Position numbers and translations under genes: made by a program. DNA of 64,000 nucleotides from a virus. Under the pieces are notes generated by a model. The model was not told the DNA's origin. It saw only the letters and a program-made list of their open reading frames with translations, and ran no database searches. Shown here in pieces: positions 26,288 to 35,926 of this stretch (position 1 is the stretch's first letter; each line of letters starts with the position of its first letter). The stretch spans positions 64,001 through 128,000 of the IMG/VR virus record IMGVR_UViG_3300023174_000058, one strand, 5' to 3'.

Positions 26288-29200
26288 ATGGATTTTTTAT
26301 ACCCAAAACTTGATAAACCAACGCATATAGTAAAAAAAGGATCTATAAACTCTATCGTTTATCCATCCAATGATTCATTTAATAATTCTATAAGTGTGCC
26401 TATTGCGGAAGATACAAAAGTTGTATTGATAAGAAATAATATAGGATTTGATTGCAAATGGGCGCAAGTAAAAATTATCGAAGGAGCAAGTCAAGAAAGA
26501 ATTCTGTACGTATTAAATTCTGAATTAATAAACACATCTTCAAAGGTCGATTATGTGCCTATCTGTACTTTTGAAAACAGTATAGATGAAGCAGTACCAG
26601 AAATAGATCCAAACATAAAAGAAGTGTTTGTGCCATATATTGATAAAAAAAATGGTTTGTTTTCTGTAAGAATTCAAACTGATTATGAAAAAGTTTTAGA
26701 TAGCTTTGTATTTGATAATTTATTGCAAGATGTTTTATTTGAAGGATTAAGTATATTATTTGCTAGCCGTGGTATTAAATCCGATAACGGTTATATTCAA
26801 CAATTATTAAATAAATTCCAGTCCATTGCATTTATAAACAATGATTTAGATTTAACAGTTAATAGAGATTGTGAGCCGTTAACGTTTACTGTTTCTACCC
26901 CGTTAAACTTTTTTAATGAACAAGAATTAACAAAACAAGAATCATTAATTGGCGAAGCAACTAAGGTAGTAGAATTTAATAATATAAACTATAACTCCTT
27001 AATTCGTAGATTAACAAGTATATTGTCTTCTATTAGGGAAGATGTAGAAAAACTTTTATATCCAAATAATTTTATTGAAAATTTTGTTATAGATTTTGAA
27101 TTGTCTGCAATTAAAGAATTTGATTTACAATTTAAAGAATATACTTCACTTCAAAACTACTCAGTAAACGATTTAAGTCTTTTTACAGATTACATGTTTG
27201 GGTTTGATGATAACTTAAACATCGCTTATATTAAATTTAAGAACGCTAACGGACAAAAAGTTCTTAATCAAGCAGAATTATCTTATTTTAAATTAAAGCC
27301 GAGCTTAAATTCAAAAAGAATATTTAATTACTTTCTAAATTTAGATCAAATGTCGGCAGACGCTGCGTCATTAGATGTAAAAGAATTTATTTTTAAATAT
27401 GTAAAATATCCAGATCCAAAAATAATAAAAGATACAATCATTATTAATGGAAAAGCTTTGCCAGAAGAAAAAGCAGAACAATTTAAAAAAGACCAAGCGT
27501 TAAGCAATGAACAATGCATTAATCTTTCTGACGTTTCTTCTATATCTAAATCCACTTTAAATATCATTAGTTATACTGATCCTCTATATCATATATTTGT
27601 TAAGAAAGATGTCGATAATTTAGAAGATTATAATACATATAAGTCTTTTATAAACGAAGGAAAAAGTGTGCAAGATGCACTAAAGTCATTAAAAGATTCT
27701 CAAAGCAAGCAAAAAAGTGAAGTGCAAAAGTTACTAGAAAAGAAAAACAAAGAAGAGCTACAAAGAAAAGCGGATGATAACATAAAAAAAGCAAAACAAG
27801 AAAGTGATGCTTTATCTTTAGAAAATTTAAAAAATCGCAAAGAGTTAGAAAATATTAATAATATTTTAAATCCAAACGAAGACGTAGAAGTTGAATCAGA
27901 ATTAAAACAAAAACTTTTAGACAAAAAATTTGAATTAGAACAAAAACAGCAAGAAATATCAGATAAATTAAAAATAGCTAAGTCTAACAATACTGAGCTT
28001 GAAAGACAAAAAAATTTAATACAATCAACACCAGCCGATAAGCTTGTTGATATTACAAACCCTGAAGAAGTTTTAGGCACTACTCAAGAGCAAATAGATG
28101 GCCTTTCGGCTGCATTTAATAAAATAAAAATCAAAGAAGAACTAAAAGAAACGCTAAACATATCAGCGCCAGTTAACTTTATGTATAGTAATGCTGCCGG
28201 TCAAATAGTGTATGACGACAGTAATAAATTATCTATTTCAACTGTTTTGTATATTTTGAATAGAATTAATGTAAATGAAGTTCTCTTTAAAAAGTTGCTT
28301 TGCACTTTAAAAGGAACAGACCCTAACTCTCCAGAAATAGCATCGATTCTTTCACAACTACCAGTTCAAATATTAAACTATTTTAATTATTTACAAGCAA
28401 ACTCTACACTTAACGGCACTGCTTATATAAGGGCATTGGAAGCCGGGGCTGTACCAGATATTAAATTGTACTGTTCGCAAAGCAATGGTTTAATCTATTT
28501 TGTTAAAGGGTTAAGACAAGTTTTAACAAACGTTGAAAAAGCAGAAGCAATAATCTTAAATATTTTGCCAAACCTTGGCAAATTACCAAAACCAACAACC
28601 AATCCATATGAAGTCTTTGTTAAAAATTTAATACAAAACTCTATACGGATTATTGCTTCTGTTCTTTTGGATGTTGTAAAAGAATTATTACAAACATCTT
28701 GCGAAGATCCAATTCTTGATTTAAACAATAATAATTTTTCTGATCCTTTTAACACACACTACCCTGCACAATCATTCGGTGGATCGTCAACAAATAGCGG
28801 TAATAATAATAACAATCCAAATATTTTAAACGATAATAGAAAAACTGTATTAGAGAATGTTTATCAAAATGAATTAGAGTTTGGTTTTGATAGAGAATAC
28901 ACTGTTGATCTAATTGGTAGACTATTAAACGATATTAATTGTATCCTAACCCCACTTGAAAGTGTTAATTTATTACGTGGTGAGCCAACAGAGCTAGTAA
29001 AAACATTAATAAAAAACATTATTAGGACAAAATATTCGGCTCCACCAAACGATCTAACTTTTCTTTTATCTGATGATGAAAAGCTAAAGCTGTTATTTAA
29101 ACAGTTAGGCTTAACTGTTGACCCCGGCTATATTGAAACTACAAACGAGATTGTTACAAACTATTTAGAACAATCTAATGTTTGTGACGAGCCTACCCTT

Positions 29201-32200
29201 AAAGCAAGAACTGATTTGCTAAAAGGAAAATTACCAAAAGAATTAGGGACACTTGATAGAAGACTTCAAACAAGAACACAGACTGCTAAAAAACTATTCG
29301 AAAGAATCAAAAATGGCGAAACAGTAATCGAGGTATCGCCACTGTGCCCCGATTTAACAAATGATGATGTTGAGGCGGCAAAAGATAAAATTTTGAATAA
29401 TTATGTTAACTTTGTAAACAGCTCATTTGCAAATATTTTAACAAATTTTACTCAAGAAGCAAAACAATTACCAGAAGTTTATAAAGATAAAAGAATACTA
29501 TTAAGAAAAGAAGGCGAAAATCCTTTTGATTCTATTGAGTACTATCTCTACAACTCAGAATTAGGTTTAAATTTAATTGGGCAAGGTGTAGGCGATAGTG
29601 TTTATATTGATCGCATAAACGAAAATACTACATCATATAGCTATAGATATGGTGTAAAAGGACTCAAAGATCAAATAAAAGACTTAGCAAAAATTTTAAT
29701 TCCAAGAAATGAAAATGTTTCGCTTACTTTCTGTCCAGAAAAAGAATTTAAATTAAGCGATGACTTTCAGACTGTTTTAGATAGTGGAAATATTTTAGTT
29801 GAATTTGCTGGCGCTTCTGGAGATTTTCAATTTGATGACAGAGGAGATGGCTCTGGAGATTTAGGTGAATATTATGATGGAAGTGATAGATCTAAGTTAC
29901 CTGATGCTGAGTATATAAAGCAAAAAGAATATATCATAACAATTTCTTTAAATAAAGACCCAGACCCTCTTGGGATTTTAGACTACGACGAAGTGTCTAT
30001 AAAATTTATCTATAATGATACCGATAATAGTTTGCTAAGAGTCCTTTCCAGCGTTAATTACGAAGAGGGCGAAATATCCAAAGATTTTATTTCTGACAAT
30101 GTATTAGACGCTATAGACGCAGTAACAGACAATGTACCAAACGATGAAATCTATTATTTAGATGAACAGCCCGCTGACATATTGCAAAACCCTTACACTA
30201 TTAAAAAAACGGTTGATGAAGAAATAAAAGCAGGAAAACTTGTAAACATAAACGACAGTGATGATATATACATCTTATCAAAATCTGTATTTGATAAGAT
30301 ACAAGACATAAGAGTAAAACAACTTTTACAAAAAATCTTTGAAGAAAAATTTAAGAAAGAAATTGAAAAAATAAATAATTTTAAAGAACTAAAAAGACAA
30401 TCAGAAAATCTTGAAAAGTTATTTGAAAGCAAAACTTTTGTTAATAAAAATGATGGTTATTTTAAAAAAGAAATCAATGCGGCTACCGGAAAATTTGATA
30501 GCATAACGAATCTTCCAGTTGTTTCTACAAAAAATTATGTCTCTTGGGAAGACATAACAATTAATAATAATTTTGAATATAAATTTGATAAATCATTTTA
30601 CGAAAATAACGCAAAATTAACTATAGATAATGTTCGTAAGCATGTTCTTAATAATAGTGTTAATTATTTTAAAACAAAATTTGATTATTCTGATTTCACT
30701 GGTAGGCTAAAGGACGGAAAGTGGGAATTTATAGATTCCAAAAAGATCGAAGAGCAAATAAATAATCCTTTATATAATATTGTTTATAATCCTCAAACAA
30801 ATACAACTGGTGAAAAATATAATCTTTATAGTTTATTGGACTTTCCAATAGACGAAAGATATAGAAAATGCAATCTCTATCCACATTATTTAAATTTACA
30901 ATATATTTTACAAAAAGCTAAACTTGTTAAACAAGGAGAGTTATGCAATTTAGAAAACTACGCAGCGGATGATATATTGAAGATCGCATTGGTTGAGTTA
31001 ACTTTTAGAACTCACGTCACTGATTTATTAGTGAAGTCAATTCCTTATCTTTCTTGCCTTTCAAAAAATAATCTATTGAATATGCATAAAAGGCAAACCT
31101 ATGTTGATGTCATAAGAGAATTTTTTATAAAAGAATTAGAAATTTTTAGTCCTCTTAATGAAGATGGAACAACTAAAGATAAATATTATAAGTATTTTTC
31201 AAAAATAACCAAAGAAGTATATCAAAAATACGCTTCTTCGACCCCACCAGAATTGAATAAGGAGTTTGTAGATAATTTTTCTATCAACGAAGAGGTTGAT
31301 TATTTTATTAAAAAAGAAATAAATAGATTTATTAAATATTCATTAGAAAAAGGAATTTTTAGTCCTAATTCTAACGAAAATGATTATTTTAATGTTGCCA
31401 AAAAGTTTGCATTTTTTGAAGGAGGAGGTTTTGGTATACAAAAACAACCAGATGATCCTTTTGGCAAATTTTTAAATGATTTATGGATTTTTGAATTTGA
31501 AAGTTATTTGGGCTATTTCATAATGTCTAACACCGTAGACGCTAACAAAAGAACCATATTTTATTCCACAAAAAGCGAATTGGCTAATATGTTTTTTGGG
31601 AATATCGGCGGCTTAACTGTCATTGATGAGGCTGATACTAACGTAGGCCAAAATTCTTTAAAATCACAAGAAGATGTAATCAAGTTTTTACAAAATCTCG
31701 CTTATAGCCCATCTCCAGCGGCTATGGTTCTACTAAAGCCAGAGTACTCTAAGTATGTTAAAAAATATTTAACATTAGTTTTGCAAACTACAAGGGATAC
31801 TCTTGCTTCCGTGGCTCAAGCAACAGATTTAAACATCTCTACTACAAGAAAAATTAGTCAAATATCTGCTTTTATAGCCACTACAACTTTTGCTTTCTTG
31901 GACGATGAATCAAAAGTAAAAGCAATTGTAGGGGATCCAACGTTAAGAGTTAAAAGGATATCAGACGGAAAAGCTCCTATTGAAGATCTTGCCGTTTCAT
32001 TAGGGTTATCAGCTTTTGGTATGTGGCCGACACTCTTAGGTTGGTCATATTTAACGGTTGATACAATACAAGAATCGATTTATCTAGCAAGTGCTCAAAA
32101 AGAAGTAGAACAATTAAGAAATTCTATAAAAACCGAGCAACCAATTGACCCATGCGCTATAACACCAAAACAGCAAGATGAAATTGCAAATAACACTAAA

Positions 32201-32260
32201 TGTACGCCAAACAACAAAAAAGCCCTAATACAAGAAATAAACCAATATGATAAAATATAA
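26288..32260 (+). CDS. 1990-aa hypothetical virion protein
   Basis: Long open ORF in the baseplate cluster with a K/E/Q-rich coiled-coil segment. No recognised catalytic motif. Confidence 0.75.
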   Translation: MDFLYPKLDKPTHIVKKGSINSIVYPSNDSFNNSISVPIAEDTKVVLIRNNIGFDCKWAQVKIIEGASQERILYVLNSELINTSSKVDYVPICTFENSIDEAVPEIDPNIKEVFVPYIDKKNGLFSVRIQTDYEKVLDSFVFDNLLQDVLFEGLSILFASRGIKSDNGYIQQLLNKFQSIAFINNDLDLTVNRDCEPLTFTVSTPLNFFNEQELTKQESLIGEATKVVEFNNINYNSLIRRLTSILSSIREDVEKLLYPNNFIENFVIDFELSAIKEFDLQFKEYTSLQNYSVNDLSLFTDYMFGFDDNLNIAYIKFKNANGQKVLNQAELSYFKLKPSLNSKRIFNYFLNLDQMSADAASLDVKEFIFKYVKYPDPKIIKDTIIINGKALPEEKAEQFKKDQALSNEQCINLSDVSSISKSTLNIISYTDPLYHIFVKKDVDNLEDYNTYKSFINEGKSVQDALKSLKDSQSKQKSEVQKLLEKKNKEELQRKADDNIKKAKQESDALSLENLKNRKELENINNILNPNEDVEVESELKQKLLDKKFELEQKQQEISDKLKIAKSNNTELERQKNLIQSTPADKLVDITNPEEVLGTTQEQIDGLSAAFNKIKIKEELKETLNISAPVNFMYSNAAGQIVYDDSNKLSISTVLYILNRINVNEVLFKKLLCTLKGTDPNSPEIASILSQLPVQILNYFNYLQANSTLNGTAYIRALEAGAVPDIKLYCSQSNGLIYFVKGLRQVLTNVEKAEAIILNILPNLGKLPKPTTNPYEVFVKNLIQNSIRIIASVLLDVVKELLQTSCEDPILDLNNNNFSDPFNTHYPAQSFGGSSTNSGNNNNNPNILNDNRKTVLENVYQNELEFGFDREYTVDLIGRLLNDINCILTPLESVNLLRGEPTELVKTLIKNIIRTKYSAPPNDLTFLLSDDEKLKLLFKQLGLTVDPGYIETTNEIVTNYLEQSNVCDEPTLKARTDLLKGKLPKELGTLDRRLQTRTQTAKKLFERIKNGETVIEVSPLCPDLTNDDVEAAKDKILNNYVNFVNSSFANILTNFTQEAKQLPEVYKDKRILLRKEGENPFDSIEYYLYNSELGLNLIGQGVGDSVYIDRINENTTSYSYRYGVKGLKDQIKDLAKILIPRNENVSLTFCPEKEFKLSDDFQTVLDSGNILVEFAGASGDFQFDDRGDGSGDLGEYYDGSDRSKLPDAEYIKQKEYIITISLNKDPDPLGILDYDEVSIKFIYNDTDNSLLRVLSSVNYEEGEISKDFISDNVLDAIDAVTDNVPNDEIYYLDEQPADILQNPYTIKKTVDEEIKAGKLVNINDSDDIYILSKSVFDKIQDIRVKQLLQKIFEEKFKKEIEKINNFKELKRQSENLEKLFESKTFVNKNDGYFKKEINAATGKFDSITNLPVVSTKNYVSWEDITINNNFEYKFDKSFYENNAKLTIDNVRKHVLNNSVNYFKTKFDYSDFTGRLKDGKWEFIDSKKIEEQINNPLYNIVYNPQTNTTGEKYNLYSLLDFPIDERYRKCNLYPHYLNLQYILQKAKLVKQGELCNLENYAADDILKIALVELTFRTHVTDLLVKSIPYLSCLSKNNLLNMHKRQTYVDVIREFFIKELEIFSPLNEDGTTKDKYYKYFSKITKEVYQKYASSTPPELNKEFVDNFSINEEVDYFIKKEINRFIKYSLEKGIFSPNSNENDYFNVAKKFAFFEGGGFGIQKQPDDPFGKFLNDLWIFEFESYLGYFIMSNTVDANKRTIFYSTKSELANMFFGNIGGLTVIDEADTNVGQNSLKSQEDVIKFLQNLAYSPSPAAMVLLKPEYSKYVKKYLTLVLQTTRDTLASVAQATDLNISTTRKISQISAFIATTTFAFLDDESKVKAIVGDPTLRVKRISDGKAPIEDLAVSLGLSAFGMWPTLLGWSYLTVDTIQESIYLASAQKEVEQLRNSIKTEQPIDPCAITPKQQDEIANNTKCTPNNKKALIQEINQYDKI

Positions 32261-32273
32261 TTTTATTTTATAT

Positions 32274-32281
32274 CTAATTAT
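32274..32281 (+). promoter_or_regulatory. Putative late promoter motif CTAATTAT
   Basis: The same motif recurs in the other intergenic gaps of the structural region. Confidence 0.6.
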
Positions 32282-32289
32282 AAATTGAT

Positions 32290-32709
32290 ATGAGCAAAAT
32301 AAAATATGCGCCTAAATTACCATTAGAATTAGATTCTGATAATAATTTTATAAAAATTGATGATATTTTACAAAATACACGACAAAAATTAAAAATGTTG
32401 GTGATGACCAATCCCGGCGAAAAATTAATGGACCCGGAATTTGGAGTTGGAATAAGGAATTATCTATTTGAACCAGAAAACGGATTAGTTAATTACACTT
32501 ATTTTAATGGAAACATTTCAAGTATACAGATACAAGATTTTCAATCAACAATAAAGCAATCAATAAATGCACAAGTGGCGAAATATGCAAACGATATAAC
32601 AATATATGATGTAAAAGCCACTCTAGAAGAACAAACTCTATATTTAGAAATAGATTATAATTATAAAGGATTCCTACAAGATACATTGGAATTAAATATT
32701 ACAGTGTAA
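32290..32709 (+). CDS. Baseplate wedge protein, gp25-like
   Basis: LKMLVMTNPGEKLMDPEFGVGIRNYLFE. Confidence 0.92.
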   Translation: MSKIKYAPKLPLELDSDNNFIKIDDILQNTRQKLKMLVMTNPGEKLMDPEFGVGIRNYLFEPENGLVNYTYFNGNISSIQIQDFQSTIKQSINAQVAKYANDITIYDVKATLEEQTLYLEIDYNYKGFLQDTLELNITV

Positions 32710-32720
32710 GAGACAAACAA

Positions 32721-34517
32721 ATGAACAAATCTTTTAAAGTAAATTATTTAGCAAAAGATTTTCAAACAATCAAGAATGATTTGAAAGATTACGCAAAAAG
32801 ATATTATACAAATGAGTTTGCTGATCTTTCAGAAGCTAGCATAAATTCATTTATGATAGACATGGCTGCTTATGTTGGCGATGTTTTATCTTATTATACT
32901 GATTATCAAGCTAACGAATCGTTTCTTGCAACTGCTATTGAAACACAAAATGTATTAAAGTTAGCAAAATCAATGGGCTATAAACAGGTTTCTGCAACTA
33001 CAACGGCTGGTAAAGTTGCAATGTATATGCTTATCCCATCAGATGGATACAATAATCCAGACTATTCAAGTGTTCCAATTATTCGTAAAGGATCGACACT
33101 AAAAACAATAGATAGCACAAGAATTTATTTAATAAACGAAGATGTTATTATAAACGAAAATTTTATTGGTACAAATTATGTTGTAGCCAGAACAAACGAT
33201 GTCGGCAACCCAACTTATTATGCAATTAAGTTTTATGTTCCAGTTATTTCCGGCGAGATAACAGAAAAAAATATACAAGTTGGTAACTTTATAAAATTTA
33301 ATAGAATTTATTTAAATGACGTAAACGCCGTTGAAATTATATCTATTGTAGATAGTGATGGCAATGAATATTATGAAGTACCAAACCTTTCACAAAACAT
33401 AATTTATAAATCTGTTTTAAATAAAGATACTACTGATTTATCGGTACGTTATGCTTTAAAACCAATTTCTGCTCAAAGAAGATTTGTATTTGAATTAGAT
33501 AATTTAAACCCATCGATGGTGTTTGGTGGCAAGCAATATAAACCAGATGAAGACTTAACTGTTGATCCTGTCGCAGAACCAAGCAAATTTATATTAAACA
33601 GATACAACAACGATTACCTACAGGATGCTTATTTTGACCCAAATAAATTATTAAATGGTGATTCTTATGGAATAGGCCCTGAAAATACTACTTTAACTGT
33701 GACTTATAGAAAAAATCTAAATCAAATAAATACTGCCAACACTGGTGAAATTACAGTTATTGATAATTTATCATATGAATTTACAAAATCTGTTGCAAGC
33801 GATATTGTAAATACAATTATTAGCAGCGTACAGGTTATAAATGAAGAGCCAATAGTTGGAGAAAACCTACAACTAACAGTTGATGAAGTTAAAGATCTGG
33901 CTGGTATTATCTATCAATCACAAAATAGAGCCGTTACAGCGAAAGACTACGAAGCGCTTACTTATATGATGCCAGCAAAATATGGTACAATCAAAAGAGT
34001 AAAAGCAGAACGTGATCCAAAAAGCTTAAAAAACAATATAAATCTCTACCTTGTGTGCTCTGACATCAACGGGTTACTTTCAGCCCCAAATACGCAAATA
34101 AAAGAAAATTTAAAAGTTTGGCTATCTGGTTACAAAATGATAACAGATACTGTTGATATCATTGATGCTAAAATTATTAATTTTGGAATCGATTATACAA
34201 TTTTAGTTGATCCAAACTTCAATAAATTGGATGTATATAATTTAGTTCAAAAACAATTACAATTTGTGTTTTCTTCAAAGCCACAGATTGGAGAATCTTT
34301 TAATAAATTAGATATTTATAGAGAAATTCAAAAAATTGAAGGCGTTTTAGATATAAAAGATATAAATATACGTAATATTACAGATTCTGGGTATTCACAA
34401 ACCACTTTTAATATAGAAGAAAATACAACTGAAGATGGCAATGTTATTTTAATGCCACGAAATGCTATATACGAAGTAAGATTTCCTACAATTGACATAG
34501 CAGGGAAAGCTATTTAA
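32721..34517 (+). CDS. Baseplate wedge protein, T4 gp6-like
   Basis: KDFQTIKNDL, IDMAAYVGDVLSYY.D...NESFL.TA, LAKSMGY, QNRAVTAKDYE. Confidence 0.92.
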   Translation: MNKSFKVNYLAKDFQTIKNDLKDYAKRYYTNEFADLSEASINSFMIDMAAYVGDVLSYYTDYQANESFLATAIETQNVLKLAKSMGYKQVSATTTAGKVAMYMLIPSDGYNNPDYSSVPIIRKGSTLKTIDSTRIYLINEDVIINENFIGTNYVVARTNDVGNPTYYAIKFYVPVISGEITEKNIQVGNFIKFNRIYLNDVNAVEIISIVDSDGNEYYEVPNLSQNIIYKSVLNKDTTDLSVRYALKPISAQRRFVFELDNLNPSMVFGGKQYKPDEDLTVDPVAEPSKFILNRYNNDYLQDAYFDPNKLLNGDSYGIGPENTTLTVTYRKNLNQINTANTGEITVIDNLSYEFTKSVASDIVNTIISSVQVINEEPIVGENLQLTVDEVKDLAGIIYQSQNRAVTAKDYEALTYMMPAKYGTIKRVKAERDPKSLKNNINLYLVCSDINGLLSAPNTQIKENLKVWLSGYKMITDTVDIIDAKIINFGIDYTILVDPNFNKLDVYNLVQKQLQFVFSSKPQIGESFNKLDIYREIQKIEGVLDIKDINIRNITDSGYSQTTFNIEENTTEDGNVILMPRNAIYEVRFPTIDIAGKAI

Positions 34518-35926
34518 TGCCAATTACAAAATATACTGCTTCGGCAGACACAACAATAGTTAATGCTTATTATCCTGATAGTTTAAATAGGGCTATATAT
34601 GCAAACTTAGGAGCAGCCGACTCTTTAGAGGTATTTTCTATTTATATTTCTGGCACTGAAACACAAAAAGCAAGAACTCTTGTTCAATTCCCAATTAGTG
34701 CCATATCATCAAGTAGAGTAGCCGGTTCAATACCAAGTTCAGGTAGTGTTAATTTTTATCTAAAGTTATTTAACGTAGAGCATCCTGAGACTTTACCTAA
34801 AAAATATTATGTTTCAGTAGATCCAATAACTGGTTCTTGGGATGAAGGATTCGGTTTAGATCTTGAAAACTATAGCGACAAAGGTCAAAGCGGCTCTATT
34901 GGCTATGGCTCCAACTGGAAATATAGATCGACAACTAATTCACCATATGTATGGGCAAGCGAAGGCGGTGATGTTGTTTCTGGCTATAACAAAACCTTTT
35001 ATTTTGATGAAGGTACCGAAGATTTAGACGTAAACATAACAGATATTGTTGAAGCTCAAATAAACGGCGTAATACCAAACAATGGCTTTATGATTAAACT
35101 ATCTGGTGCATATGAGGATGGTACAAACGCTACAACATATTATACAAAAAGATTCTCAGCAAGAAGCTCAGAATACTTTTATAAAGTACCAGTCATTGAA
35201 GCACGCTGGGAATCTGTTATAAAAGATGATAGAAATAACTTTTACTATGCAACGCCAAACTTAAGTTCAACCGATAATAATCAAAGCGTATATTTTTATA
35301 ATAAAGTTAATGGTATTTTAAAAGATATCCCAAGCTCAGTTGTTCCATTGGTTAATGTATATAATGAATCAGGAAATTTATTAACCGGTTCCATACAGTC
35401 GGTAAAAGTCTCAACTGGTACTTACAAAGCAACGATAAACATTACTGGGAGCTCAGAAGAATTACTACAAGATGTATGGTTTTCCGGTAGTAATGCGTAT
35501 TTTACGGGTTCTATTGATGCTAAGATTAGACAATTTGATGATTCAGCGATCCAGCCAGAATATATATTTGCTGTTACCAATTTAAAAAGCGTATATAGCT
35601 CTGAAGAAAAGCCAGCGATAAGAATCTTTGGAAGACAAAGAGATTGGTCGCCTAATATATATAAAGTTGCCTCTAAAGAAATTAATACCTTAACTTTTAA
35701 TAATTTATATTATAAAATAATAAGAATAGTTGATAACTCCACAATTATTGATTATGGCATTGAGCCAATTGCTTACACCTTATGTTCTTATGATAAAAAT
35801 GGTAATTATTTCGAGTTAGATATGTCAATGTTAGAACCGGGATACGCATACGGTATTAAGCTAATGTTATTAAATGGCGAGTTAAAGACAGAATTTAAAG
35901 ATATATTTAGATTTAAGGTTCAATAA
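34517..35926 (+). CDS. Virion structural protein (DNRLRE-like beta-sandwich N-terminus)
   Basis: ADTTI, RTLVQF, WDEG, NNGFMIK, P.IEARW pattern, plus genomic context. Confidence 0.6.
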   Translation: MPITKYTASADTTIVNAYYPDSLNRAIYANLGAADSLEVFSIYISGTETQKARTLVQFPISAISSSRVAGSIPSSGSVNFYLKLFNVEHPETLPKKYYVSVDPITGSWDEGFGLDLENYSDKGQSGSIGYGSNWKYRSTTNSPYVWASEGGDVVSGYNKTFYFDEGTEDLDVNITDIVEAQINGVIPNNGFMIKLSGAYEDGTNATTYYTKRFSARSSEYFYKVPVIEARWESVIKDDRNNFYYATPNLSSTDNNQSVYFYNKVNGILKDIPSSVVPLVNVYNESGNLLTGSIQSVKVSTGTYKATINITGSSEELLQDVWFSGSNAYFTGSIDAKIRQFDDSAIQPEYIFAVTNLKSVYSSEEKPAIRIFGRQRDWSPNIYKVASKEINTLTFNNLYYKIIRIVDNSTIIDYGIEPIAYTLCSYDKNGNYFELDMSMLEPGYAYGIKLMLLNGELKTEFKDIFRFKVQ

